Source: Klebsormidium nitens (Eukaryota > Plantae > Klebsormidiophyceae). From it: DNA of 64,000 bases. Under the pieces are notes generated by a model. The model was given only the letters and a program-made list of their open reading frames with translations. It did not search any database and was not told the origin of the DNA. The DNA lies in assembly GCA_000708835.1 (NCBI GenBank), contig DF237018.1:124001-188000 (forward strand), written 5' to 3'. The number at the start of each line of letters is the position of its first letter. The first letter of the stretch is position 1. Of the stretch, positions 37,861-50,846 are shown one piece after another. The position numbers and the translations under genes were made by a program.

Positions 37861-40800
37861 TCATGAGTAAGTGCTCCCCTCTGGCGGCTGCTGCAGCTTC
37901 CGATTCTGCGGCTGCGCCATTTCCCGCCGGAGGTCGGTGAGGATCTTCTCCATGTTGTACGAGCGGTCCCAGTTCGCTAGGGTGCTAAAGTGTCGGGGGT
38001 CTACCTGCGTGACACGTGAGAGCAAGGAGATTCATATCTGCTTATGAGAACTGAACTTGCTCATCAGACTGTGCTGTGCATAATTGGGTCACGCTTCTTG
38101 GACGTCCAAGGCCTTCCCAAATACCGACAATGACCTCATAGTAGCTGCTCCAACAAGCTCCTTGTCCTATCCTTAGAAAAGCCGGTAAAAAACTCATTGG
38201 TTGCGAAGTCGGACGCAAATGTGCGAAAACAAAGAAAAGTGGGTCTCGAGATTCAGACTAAGCCATTGATCCTCTGCCAAGCAGCTTGCGCCCAAAAGTT
38301 GCATGTACTGGAAGTGTACTCGTCTGAACTTGCAAAACACAGCCGATTGATTGAAGCCAGCACTACTGCAGATAGAGACGGAATCACTCCTGACTTTCAA
38401 ATTCTGGCTTGCTACAACAAGACTTGCAACTTTCCTTCGAAGTACCCTTGTCCAACAATCGACTTGTAAACATTAGGATAAATTCTTTCCCATCCACCAT
38501 CACTGCGGAACAACATGACAGCCAACATCTCTGGCACTGCCCAAGATCTCAAAGCTGGAGCCACATAATACATAGAACCATACGGTATGGAATCTGTACA
38601 TAAACGAGAAGACAGCGAACCCAAGCAAGCCCTTCGCGAAGGTCGAACCTATTCTTACTGTGCAATAGGGAGCGGCGGTGCAGAGATTAACAGTAGGGGT
38701 GCCTCAAGGGCCGAACTCAAGCTGCAAATGCCAGGTGTCAGCGACTCAATGGTGCAAAGGTTCACGACAGCCCACCGCAGGGTCCTGCTTACCTTCCCGT
38801 TCTCCTGATTCACGCACGACATGTTGATTCGGCTCTGGAACCGAACAAGGGGCGGGGCCTGGGGATAATCTTTATCGCAGTAAAGCTTCACCGAATAGAT
38901 CCGGTTCTCATGCGTGGTCTGCACAGCAGCACCTTCCGGTGAGTGACAACAACCACAGCCAGCAGAAAACGCTGTCACAATCTGAAACGCTCACCACTCC
39001 GTCCTCTGCCCTCACAACCGACAAGTTGATTCGACTAACGAACTTGACCCGGGGGGGAGCCTCGGGATAGTCTTTATCGCAATAAAGCTTAAGGGAGTAG
39101 ATCCGCCCCTCGTGTGCTGTCTGCAAGGGGAGGAGGGTGACAACGGGGCGAAGGATCAAAGCACCGCCGTTGAAATAAAGCTCCTTTGTTCAACAAAGGA
39201 ACAAACCAAGAAGCTTGTCAAGACTCACGAGGGATTTGTTTTCCTCCCCTTTTTTCAATTGTTGCACACGTTTGACTGAGAAGGCAGTCCTCTAAAACGC
39301 AGTGCAGAGGGGTCAGGCACGTATAAGCATGGACAATTGAAAGGTTGAAAGATTCTGTGAGGGTACAATCAGAATAGGTTGCGTTTCTGACTGCGCACAG
39401 GGCTAAGAGATGAGCAAACGTCACCATTTGAGAAGCGCCATTTGCAGAATATGCTCCTAAGGCCTTTCTCAAAGTTCGCTGCAGTAGCAACCAGCAGCAG
39501 CCAAGGTTGGTTTCCATTATGATCTGGCGTTTGTCCACTTGCAGCTCATCTAGCCTTACAGATCAGCAAGGTGCAGAATTGCTCCACCTGATATAACTGA
39601 TACAAATAAAAGACGAATCAACAGCTGCCAAATCTCCCAGGCAATCTGCTGAATCCTGAGGCTTTGGCTGCTGATTCGAGTCACTACTTGGGGACACCGG
39701 CGAGCTCTGTGGTTCTGGTAACAGAAGAAAGGGACTGAGCATGTGAGCACCTGAAGTATGGAGCAGAACACACTTGAATGTTGACAAGGCTTACTCCAGC
39801 TTGAGAGCGGCTGAGAGCTCAAAGGCCCAGCCTAGCACTGCTCTTAGCCAATCAAAAGCATCCCCCAAAGATGCGCATCTGCACAAATTTTTTACGACAC
39901 AACAAAAGACTATTCACTTTGTTGAAAAGATGGGCCAAGGCTACGACAGACTCACATTGTTCGGCCCAATGATGGTGCCTGTCCACGAGCGCATGAAAAG
40001 GTCGTCCCCGTCGTCCATTCCGTAACTGACATTTCCATCGCCAAACCCTTTCTCTCCCTTTTCCAACTCCTCTAGCAGTCTGAAATTGCGAGGCACTGCA
40101 GGGGAGAGCAGCAGCACGTCAGGGCAGGTCCACGCTGTCCTCTTACTCAAAAGGACAACGTTTGGCTTCTGAAAGAAAACCTGTTCTCGACACATCAGCT
40201 GACTTTAACCACAGCCGATCAGACCTACATTACAGGTCTCATGATCATCATTGCTTACGTGAGTTGGTGTTGGATGCAGAGCCTATTTCAAAGAAATCTG
40301 AACTCTGACCGCTTTGTTTGATCGAATCTAAAAGCAAGCATGCATCAATCATGACAAGCACTTCTGCTCCAATCACAAAAGCCGTATCAGAGATTGCAAA
40401 GAGGAGCGAGACCAGTTGGTAAAGGTTTTCAAGCTTTCTAGAAGACTGCAAGACTAGAACGTCCAAACGCAGAAAGCAGGCACTGCACGCGCTACCGCAA
40501 ATGGAAAAAATGTCCCAGACCACTTGACTTCAGGTGAAACGCATTTTCTGCATAGTCTATTGGTCTTAAAGTGTCCAGGTGAGGTAGCAGTCTGATAGAA
40601 TTGAGGACTTCGAGCGCCAGAGCCAAGTAAGCAAATAGAACACTTTGAAAGCAAAACGCACCTCCCAGAACTTCTTGGGTTGCCATGAAACAAGTTTACT
40701 GACTGATGCTACAGCTGCTTGGAAGGGTGTTACAGCACGCCAACCTGCTGCTGACAATCAAATTTTGACAAAATGCAGGGTTGTTGAAGTATTACAATCA

Positions 40801-40925
40801 GAAGACTCCCCCTCTGTGCAACAAATGAACACGTATAACAGGACCATAAGACAGACAATCAGCCGACTAACTGGAACTCGCAAGTTAAGGTTCTCACCAA
40901 CCACACTCTGGCCAGACGCAGCCAT
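37861..40925 (-). CDS. UEV1: Ubiquitin-conjugating enzyme E2 variant UEV1/MMS2. Exons 40898-40925, 39956-40095, [38995-39120 or 38793-38918], 37861-38004
   Basis: Spliced product [36 protein letters not shown]...[10 protein letters not shown]...[16 protein letters not shown]...[29 protein letters not shown]...PPEGSTYS*. This is the canonical UEV signature, and all junctions are GT-AG and phase-compatible. Confidence 0.95.
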
Positions 40926-42385
40926 GGCGACCGCCTTAGAATACGAAAGTAATCAACTCCTAGCTGCGTATGTCCGCAGCGCTCCTTTCACAATCTAAGA
41001 ACAAACCCAGGATCCGCACAATATCAGTTCAGATCAAGAGAGAGTGGGCAGGGAGATTTGCAAACTATCTTATCCAAGACCAATGAGCCACGTATGTCCG
41101 CTAGGATACTTTCCTGTTGAAACCTGAATGGCAGGGCAGAAAGGAGCGCCTTTTCTTGCTCCCTTTATGTTTGTCTTCTTGTGGCTCGAGGCCGGCGGCC
41201 GCCCAGGCAATACCTCTAGGCTCTCCGCATTGAGCAACTAGGACGGCGGTTGCATTTGTCTCTCTTTCGATTACCGGTTGATGTCAATGCTGAGTGTCCG
41301 ATCCGGTTGACAAGTCGGAGCCATCTTGACCGTTGATGGAAGTCCGTGAAGCAATTTTTGTTTGGACGGCTCCGCTCGCGCACAGCACAGCTCTTCCAGC
41401 GGGCGGGCTGAAGTTTTCTGAAAAGTTGCTCTCAGAACCGGCGTGGAGGTCGGTTACCGTAGTCTCCGCACAATGCCTCGGGGACTCGAACTTAGTCCAG
41501 ACTCACTGACTCAGTCGATAGCCAACACTCCGGCTGTACTGAAGATTTCAAACTGGGCACTCGGCGACGCTTGTCAAGCTAAACCCGCTGACAAATCCGG
41601 GACCGCTGGCGGGGGCGGCGCGATTGCCGGAGGGCGCTCCGCATGAGCAAAGCACTGTCAATTTGGTCTCAGCCTGCATCATTGAGGCGTCAGATGGGGG
41701 CAGTGCGCGCACGGACAGCGCCCAAGCTGGGCCTGGGCCCTACCTACTTAGATTGGCAGGATCAGGGCCGAGCATTGAACCACTTGGCGTATCAAACAAA
41801 GACAAAAGCCTAACGGCCAGTCGGGCGAAGTCCCACCCTGCCCTCATTCTGCAGGACTTGTGAGCTGATTGGTCTGCTAGCAGCTGGCTGCGTGCTCTTG
41901 CCTAGTCCCTGAAACATCATGGCCAGCCACAAGCCCTTGAAAAGGCCGAATGTGAGAACGCTTTTGAAGAGGAAGCTCCACATTGTTCCGAGCACATCTG
42001 CAAAACTTTTCTTGCATTATCCTGCGGCTGTTAGAAGGAAAAGGAAGAAGCGCAAGCTTTCAGGAGCAGGCCTGAAGCTGGAAAGCAGGACAAGTCGACG
42101 TTCTGCGACAGCGGTAAGCGGGCCTCCGTTTTCCTGCGTTGTGACATCATGAGAATTTTTGGGCTGTTGCTGAAACGAGGGGCTGGAGTCTTTCTACTTG
42201 CATTCTCTCCTTTTCAGCTGGTGGTTCCGCAATTATCTTACAGAAACACAGGTAAAGGAAAGTAGAAAGCTGCGGCTGTGTCGACACCAGCTGAGCTTAC
42301 TTCCAAAGCAATGCATTGGAAAAAACTGCTTATATGGCATGATAAACCCGATGTTTGTTGCAGTAGTAGTGTTGACTCTTGCATT

Positions 42386-42446
42386 GCAATAGTGGTGTGA
42401 ACTCCTGCAATGGTGCTGTGAACTCCAGCAATAGTGGTCTGAATAG
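42386..42446 (+). repeat. 21-bp degenerate tandem repeat, about 3 copies
   Basis: gcaatagtggtgtgaactcct / gcaatggtgctgtgaactcca / gcaatagtggtctgaatag. Confidence 0.75.
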
Positions 42447-43167
42447 TATCTGCTCAAACGAGTAATTCCACCACTCCTCCTGCCGCAACTACATTCCTCA
42501 AACAGAGCGCTTCGGCCGAGTCTTGCGCAGGTGAGCTGTGTGTCGTATCAGCCTGACAACAGAGGATATTCATGGGACATCAGGTAGTTGCTGCGCAGTG
42601 CTTGTCTAACTCCGTCAAGCTCTCAAATTTGCAGCTTGTGCAAACCCCAGTTTGCACCCTTTCTAATACCACCACAAGGAGCTTCACAACCGCCAACTGC
42701 ATTGCAGCGCTCCGGCTCTTAGGTTACGGCATCTTCTGACATTCAGAGGTAAGTTCAGGGTTCAATCACTTGGTGATTGCAGACGCTTTAGGGGGATTGT
42801 GAAGCTACCGTAACATTTGACAAAGTGATTGTATCTGGAGCCCTATAAGCAGAGAAATTCCCATCACACCGCCGGCTGGACAGATACAATCTCTTTAACA
42901 GCCTGCTGACAACAGTACTTCATCATTTTTTGTACATGTTCTTGATTACATAGTTGAGTTTGCGGGAAGAGCTCACTGAATCAGAGTCCACCTTTGAGCA
43001 GAGTGTTAAGAACTTAATTCATGAAAGGCTCTTGGATTCACTGTTAGTCGCTACATGCCACTCGCACTTTTGCCGCCGCACATTCAGTAGTCCCTCGGTC
43101 ATAAAGTTTTGCCTTGATGGAAACTGTATGGTGGCACACTTTCCGATTCTGGGCCCAATCGACATAC

Positions 43168-43373
43168 TGTAGTGGCACGACTTTTCACACCAAAAATGTT
43201 TATATTTGCTTTGTCTGAAAGTTTTGCCAGATTATTGGAGCAGAGAGTTGCCTGGTTGAGGCTTGGTTTGAGACTTAAGAAGGGTCTGAACCAGGGGTTA
43301 AGAGGTTTGTGTGAAATACAGTAAAAAGATAATCGTTCAAAACGAGGTGGTGTGAAAAGGTCGTGCCACTACA
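43168..43373. mobile_element. 206-bp MITE-like element with about 25-bp terminal inverted repeats
   Basis: Left tgtagtggcacgacttttcacacca; right tggtgtgaaaaggtcgtgccactaca. They are reverse complements except for one indel. The interior is AT-rich and non-coding; no TSD identified. Confidence 0.7.
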
Positions 43374-43451
43374 CCCTCACTGGTAGAATTGTTCAACAGC
43401 TCTCGCTCGCTTGTTTCACAGGTGTCTACGGAGCTGCCATTTCAAGGAAGA

Positions 43452-46132
43452 ATGGCAGCGTCGACGGCTATGTTCCTGGGCCTAGCTCTCTTTGCCAGCC
43501 TCATCAGCTCAAGTAAGTCCAGACGCGCCTGGCTCGTCTAATCAGTTCCGCTCATGTTGCAATGTCAGAATGCTTTACAAGAGCTGGACGCGAAGGCTCT
43601 TGGCTTGAGTAACTCTTCACGATTCAGTGGTATCATTCTTTCGGATGGCCTTTGCCGTAGTTTGTCCACATGTTACTTGAGCTTTCAACAGGCCAGTTCT
43701 TGACCAACCTTAGGATGTGACAAGAACTGCCCATGCCTGTTCTATCGTTGCGCAGGCTTGGCCACTCAGATCCAGTGGGCGGGGCGCACAGTAAGTCACT
43801 CTTTCACTGCTTCTGTGTCGTCAGATGCTTGCCTCTAACGCCTAACTTGAATGCATCGCTGCTCTGCTCCTCCTATTGACGTGGAGAAACGCCGACAAGG
43901 GCTCCGCTTTCGTTATGCCCTTCTATCAACAGGCGCTGCCGTTGCAAAGAAGCCTGATACCCTTCTAGCCATATTAGCAGAATTCGCCCTTATCCCTACA
44001 GAGTGGCATTCACATGGAGACAGAGCTTCATCCTTGATGCACTCTAAAAATGGTTCTTCGCCTTCTCTAAACCGGGAAACTCCCAACTCCCATAGAAGCT
44101 CTCCTGTTTCTAAACCCTTGGAACATATTTACGAATCTCTTGGCGAGCTTGAAATGTTCATCTCTTGGTCCCCTTGCAGTGGAACGTCCGCACCACTGGC
44201 AGTGGCACGGAGGGCCCCGGTCCGAACTACTTCTCAGACAACGTCAGCAACGTCATGGTTGACGCAAGCGGGAAGCTGCGGCTCCAAGTGACAAAGACCG
44301 GAAGAAAGTGGGCCTGCGCTGAGCTTATGCTGCCCGCCAGTCTTGGCCACGGCACGTAAGGCATTCCGTTCTCGAGTCGCCCTGCCATTAGAATCTTTGC
44401 TGCCACCGTAATCCTCTTTTCAATCTTGTTTGTGTTGGACCCGTTATGAGCCTCAGAATCTTCTTCTTTCAAACAACCTGAACGCACGTTTTTCCGTTCA
44501 AATTTGGAAAGTCAAAGCCGAGCGGAAACTGCAGATTGAAACGAGAAGGATAACTTTGGGCACAACTCTGCCGACTGCTTTTAGCCATATAGGGCGTCCC
44601 TGATGCTTGTCTAAGCACCTGGATGTTTGTCCTGTGGTTGTCTGACTATCTCGAGGACAAGGCCTGGGCCATCCGGAGACGCCAGATATGGTTTGACGAT
44701 TAGGCTTAAAAGGGCCGGCACTCGAGTTGTTGTATCATGTGGAAGGTTAGATCTGCCGTCATTTCTGCTCGATTCGCGTTTGGATCCCTTTCACCTCGAT
44801 GCAAACCCTCGTCTTTTCTTGTCTTCATTATGGGTTTCTCCTCCTTTCCCCGGAATGCTGCAGACCTCGTTTCCCCGGAATGCCAAATTATCGTTCCTGT
44901 GCATGTCCTCTCCTCTGCGAGTTGTCACTGTAAGAGGGACGCTGCGAGTTGCTTGATCGTTATGTGGCAAACCTGGTCGCCAACCCCATTGTTTAACTTT
45001 CCGTGTCGGATAGCAATGGTCGTTGACGCCTGGCGCAAGCTCCTTCAATCCATTCCTCTTGCTTTGTTTCTCGTTCCATCTCCGTACGGAACCAGCCGAA
45101 TCCTCTTTCATTCTATGAAGCAATCTTTACCCACTTGAACCCGGTGCTTAACCCCATTTCTGTTTCTGCAGTTACCAATGGACGGTGACGTCCGGCGCGG
45201 GATCCCTTGACCCCAACGTGGTTTTCGGCCTGTTCACATGGGACGACAGCCCGATCCAAGCCCACAGAGAGATTGACATCGAATTTGCGCGCTGGGGCGC
45301 AACGCCCGCGCAAGACGGGTCCAACGCGCAGTGGGTCGTTCAGCCGTACGATGGTTTGGACCATCTGCAGGTAAGCTTCGGCTTTGCTTTGAGCTGGATT
45401 ACATTTCGCCATCAGGTTGGACTTCGAGGCAGGTCCTCGAGCTTTGTTCTCGAGTCTGCGTATTGCTATGCTCGGGCATCGCTATGGAGTTTAGGTAGAG
45501 TGGTATTTACGGATTGCAGACTGAGCTTGCATCCCTTTCAGAAAGATGGATGTAGGATTCGCTCTTAAGTCCTTCAAAATCGAATGAGGACGTACCACAT
45601 AGTTGACCAGAGGTCCAGGAACCCATTCCGTCCCGACGAGAAGTGTTTATTCTGAAATTCAGTGGTAGTTTGAAAAGGCCGTCAGCTGTTCCAACGTCTA
45701 CCTTTTGTACGATTCCCTTCGTGACTTTTCAGCTGTCGAAGAAGGGCTGTCAACTCTCTGACTGACTATTTTCCCGGCTTGAGACTGCCTACGGCCACTG
45801 CTGAATGTACGAAGAACTTGCCGAGCCACAGTTTCTGACTGCTGATCCACCCGCCTTCGCAGAGGTGGCTGGCTCCGCCCTTTTCCGCCTCCTCCGCCCC
45901 ACTGGTCGTTTCCTTCCGGTGGGCGCCCGGAGCGATCTACTGGGCGGGCAGCCAGAGCGGAAAGCTGATCAGCACCAAGGAGTACGAGGCCGAGGATGTG
46001 CCCGTGCCGGGCGCAGAAACCGTGCACATGAACCTTTGGCTGTATCAGGCGAATCCCAACGTGTTGGCCGGACCGCAGAATGGGAAGACGGCTACAGTGT
46101 TCCTGTCGAACTTTACTTTCACTCCGTTGTAA
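43452..46132 (+). CDS. Secreted glycoside hydrolase family 16-like protein, paralog 1 (exons 43452-43512, 43756-43790, 44180-44355, 45172-45370, 45863-46132)
   Basis: Signal-peptide-like exon 1; GPGPNYFSD; LDPNVVFGLFTWDD; catalytic-type HREIDIEF (ExDxE). All exons join in frame. Confidence 0.85.
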
Positions 46133-47854
46133 GCTTGCGGAAAACCGTACAGGGGTAAACAGGGGTGAACAGGGGTATTGTGTTCGAGGACTTTAGGTCC
46201 TTCGTTCTTATATCGAATTTCCGAGATCCACAAAGTGACACTTGAGCTGGTGATTAGTCGGGAGGAACGCAGCAACGCTGCTTCGTTGCCGTTCCGACGG
46301 TCGAAGTCGGGCGTAAACACTCGATAAGCCCTTTGGACTATCTAGATCAACTCTTCTGAGCCTCTCCTTTGATGCCGCGCGCTACATAGGTCATGAAACT
46401 GATGAAGTAATGAGGCATCATCAATGCTTAACTTTTAGAAGCCTCAATAGAAATTTCTATCAGAAGACTTGGGCCCGCGGCGCCGTGCTAGCTAGCAAGG
46501 TACGTAGTTTCAGCACCAATATACTGTTTGATAGGGCAGCGAACAGACTTACACGGATCGAAAGATCCCAACTGTTTGTCAGTCTTCAAGCAGAAGATAG
46601 AAAAGCGGGGTGGAGACGAAACCAACCCCATAACACTGTCGAGCTTTATATCAGAGTCAGGACCAAACGATTGGCAACACGTCAGGGCAAGGTCCGAGTC
46701 GCATGTGTGATATGACAGGTTAATATATGAACACGTACAGGCGGCCCTTGAGGCCCGCCTTCGGCTTCATGCTAAATGCCAGTCGAGGCGCCACTCTAAT
46801 TGGCGGCAATTAAACCTTGGCATGAGTCGCAGCTAAAGTGACAAGAGTGCACTAAACCTCCGAGGCTCGGCAACTTAGGGGCCGGTCACCTCCCTAGTGC
46901 ATTCGCACATGAACACGTGCAAACCTTAGCTCCTCAACGCGGTACGTGTATACCGTCTCAACCGGACACATACAAATTCTTTGTATGACATTCAACTGAC
47001 GTGGCAATAGGAAATAGCATGTCGAGGTAACGGCATGGTGAACACAAGAAAGCTTAGGCTGGGTTGGAAGCGACCGTCCATCTTTTGACGTGTACTTGTT
47101 TGAACTTACGTCTATCGTAAACACCTCGTATCAAATCCTTCAGCCGCCCACGTGATGCACACGAATGGCACAGTTTTCGGCGCTTGCTACAGGTCAGATA
47201 TGCTGTTTTTCGATTTTGCCAGATGCATCATGCAGGTCTCGATCTACTTCAAACAACGATGAAGGAGCAACAATGAAGGAGCAACTCGTCACTCAGACGA
47301 TACATGATGGCGCAAAGGCGTTAAGAGGGATTTGTTAGCTCAATTCAACAAACTTCTGATGGCAGGATAGTACCTGATGGACAAGTGGAAAGGGGATAGC
47401 ACCAAAGTGGCGTCAAAGCCTTGACGCACAACGAACATTCAATTCAATTAGTCGTCAAACTCTTTGAACTTAGCGGTAGATGTACGAGGCATGGTTTAAA
47501 TGCTTGTAGCGTACTCGATTCAGATTCTGCAGCTAAGTGCCCTCGATTCTAATGGCTCAATGGCAGATGGATTCCCTGCGGCGGCCGTTCCCAACTTAAC
47601 CGGACCCATGGCAAGAGGAGGTTGTTCTGCACGAAGCCTGTGACGAGAGCCTGTTAGAAACCATTAGCAGGAGCCTAAACACCGTGTAAGTCTAAATCCA
47701 AAAGCTTGCATGTTTTTCACTACATCCTGCTCCACAAACCTCAGCCAGAGACCTTCTGAGAGTTGACACGGCTGCCGAATTGCTCCGACTGGCTAAGAGC
47801 ATTATCTGTTGAACCGCTGAGCAGATTGAAGAACGGAAATCGTACCTTTCAATC

Positions 47855-49742
47855 TCACTTCAAAGCGTCCTTCTCGGGTTTCGAGCGCTGTCTGCCTATC
47901 CCTGCCTGGCAGCGCAACTTGTGGCCGTCCTTCCAGGCAACCTTTTGGCAGTCTGGAACTTCACGGCGCCCGTCAGAGGAGTCAGAATTTACGTCCCTTC
48001 GATAGTCGTAGCTCCACAGCATAGGACCTCACCCTTGAGTTGATACAAAAGGCTGGCATAGTGGGATAGAAGTCAAGCGAATGGCATATATGTTGAGTTT
48101 AAACCACAAAGATTTGGGGGCTAAGAGCACAGATTACTGTTTGACAACTCAGTTCGTCAAATCAAAAGCCAAAGGATACAATTGTCACTACTATAATGCT
48201 TCAAAAAGGTTTCACAGAGCTTCAGTAAGAGATATCAGGGCCCTTACTTCTGGAGCAGTAAACCGCCAGACGGCACCCACTGCAGACCTTGAACTCGCAC
48301 GAAGTGCTCTCCACATTTGAGCAGCTTGAGCGGGAACATTTTCTGCAGGGCCGCTTCCGAGCCTCGAGGTCCCCATCATCTGGTACGTACGAAACATGTG
48401 CCGTGTCTGGGACGTAGTTGAGCGGTGTGTCAATGGTGTTTCGAAAAAGACTGGCTGGAAATTCAGAGTCCGGACCGCATTTGTTTGAGGCTACGTTGAG
48501 TCTTTCGGCTGTAAAGATCTCGCGCAGCTGTTCCCTCCTCGCCATCGCATTAGGAGACGCGCGTACCAGTCTCTTAAGATTCTCTTGCTGCTTTGGTGTC
48601 AGATGCTCTGTCAGCCGCTCGTCGCTGATTATCCCAAACCGCTCGTTCATAGCCGCAAGCATGACGCAGACGATCCTCTTTTCATTCCCGCCAAGATCTG
48701 GGCATGCTGCTAATGCCAAGAGGGCCGGGAGAACGTGCTCTGCTTTTGCGCTGGCTCCAAGCTCACAGAGCTTACCTACTACAGCCTCTGCTTGACCCTT
48801 CTGCATTATCAAAACCAAAAGATGCACGGCCACAATGATCAGAACTGCCTCTTGAGTCTCCGCCAGAGTCCTCAAGACGACCCCGATGATATCATCCAGG
48901 TATTCTGAGAGATCGCACGCGGAAGAAAGATGGCTGAAGCAGTAGAGAGTACAGTTCGCCATTCGGCTCGAGAAGTCTCTTTCGACCATGCAGTCCTGCA
49001 GAACCTGACGAAGAAGGACCTTCCGGCTGCTTAACTTGTCCTTGGCACGATCAAAGCAGCTGACAAGGGAAACCAGCACAGAAAGACTGGATGCTCTGAC
49101 TTCATTCCTTAGACGCTCCAGGAAAGCTGAAATGCCCGGTACCAGATCTGATTCTTTGACGAGAGAGACCGCTGGTAGGGCGAAGTAGGCTCCTTCGAGG
49201 ACCAAAATGAGGTCATAGATGCCTTTCAGGACGAAACGCGCCGTTCGAGCATCCAAGATGAGAACATGAAGCAGCCGAAAGCAGATGTCCACCTTTGACA
49301 CCACGAAGTACTTGACATGTTTAAATTTATCCTGGCTGCTGATCTTGGGGAGTATGTAGAAGTCGCCTTCTGACTGCGCTGCTTTCAAAATTCTGTTGAC
49401 CTCATCCAGCACGCCCTGTTCCAGCACATAAGCTGCGAAACCTGCGCAGGGTGCATGTCCCTTAGGTATCCCCATGCGATTTAATACTGCCCTAAATCTA
49501 AACAAGGCAAAGGACCTTGCTTCTCTGTCATTGGACTGCAGTTCTTTAAGAATATTGCCAAACCATGCACTGCTTTCTGGCTTGCGCAGGTCTATTTCCA
49601 CAGCTTTCTCCTCTGTCAGCAGCTCTCCCATCTCTTTCAGACCGAGCTTTGAGAAGCTTTTTGGCAGGATCCTTGGCTGCAGAGGTTTCACAGCATCAGC
49701 AGGGAACCCCTCTCTCTGCGCGCTGGCGCCGCTGGAAGCCAT
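47855..49742 (-). CDS. Helical domain + MYND zinc-finger protein, paralog 3, intact (exons 48248-49742, 47855-47952)
   Basis: Uninterrupted first exon. Spliced C-terminus CSGCRLAVYCSRNCQKVAWKDGHKLRC is a complete MYND finger; the intron is at the same position as in paralogs 1 and 2. Confidence 0.9.
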
Positions 49743-50846
49743 TCTGTTCGTCTCTCAAGCTTGCTGAGCGCTCGTTAGCAAGCGCATATGCTCTTAAAGT
49801 GATTCGTCATATGAATCATTCTGAGAAATCGAGAAAGCGCGGTTGACTGTGGTGAACGGCCGGCCGCGTGCACTCATAGCAGGCCGGCCGCGCCGCGCTA
49901 ATCGATCGCGCGCGGTAACCAAGGGGCGCGGCCGCGGCACTGGGCGCGGCGCGGCTGCACTTGGAGCGTCACGGTCGCCCTAGGGTCGCATCAGCAGTGA
50001 GCTTGAGTCGCCTTGCCTAGCGCTGCAGGTATTTTATCTGCACGCCCGCGATTATTTCGGGCGCCTCCCTGAAGCCCCGCCAAACAGCGGCCAGCTGTTA
50101 TTGAAGTGGACCTGCCACCTCGAAACACGTCAAGGACGCCAAAGTAAACAGCTGCTCAGCTGAACGCAACGTGCGGCTGTGATCAAGGCCTCTATTGATA
50201 AAGTATCAGTGAGCTGCAGGCCATGATACTCGGCCACTGATGAATCTTGCAGAGTCACGAAGGCCAATTTCTAGGAACTAGCGGAGACGGGGCCTGCCAA
50301 AGACCCCTAGTGGTCGAGATGTTTCGACGCTTTCCGAGGCGGATGGTTTTGAAGGAAGTGAGAGAATTGTATTTAAGAAAGGAGCATCAGTCACCTTTTC
50401 TTTCGCCCTTTGACGTCGTCTTCCGTTTCTGTTCTGTGAAGATGCTTACAGAGGGCTTCCCTTGATTGAAGAGTGCTTCTCAACAAAGACACGCTCTGGT
50501 AGTTCTAGGATTGTTTTGGAGCAGAAACCTGAAAAGCACCAAGGACTGATTCGACTGGTGACAGGTAGATCTTTAAAACACTTCTTGAAAGGACCAAAGA
50601 TTCATGGTCTAGGACTGAGATTCGCCCGTCTCATCAGCTCCTAGGACGCCTTGCCAACCATTTCCTTGAACAACCCCGCAGAAACCTGCGAGCCACCTCT
50701 CAAGCAGCAACCTTACATGAAAAAGAGGCTCTTTTCTGACCCCGCCCCGACCTTTCGCAAGAAAGCCCGCGAGAGAAATCATTCTCCTGCCCCAATCCTT
50801 TCTGCAACAGGCCGGGCTGCTGTTTTGCCCATCTCTTCTTGAAAAA

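Noticed and set aside
42293-42449. Minus-strand exon encoding the heptad TIAGVHS/TIAGVHT
   Set aside because: It has plausible splice sites but no connectable neighbouring exons, and the 21-bp tandem repeat explains the periodicity.
43168-43373. CACTA transposon, because CACTACA occurs at one terminus
   Set aside because: The motif faces the wrong way (TGTAGTG on the left, CACTACA on the right) and there is no 3-bp TSD.
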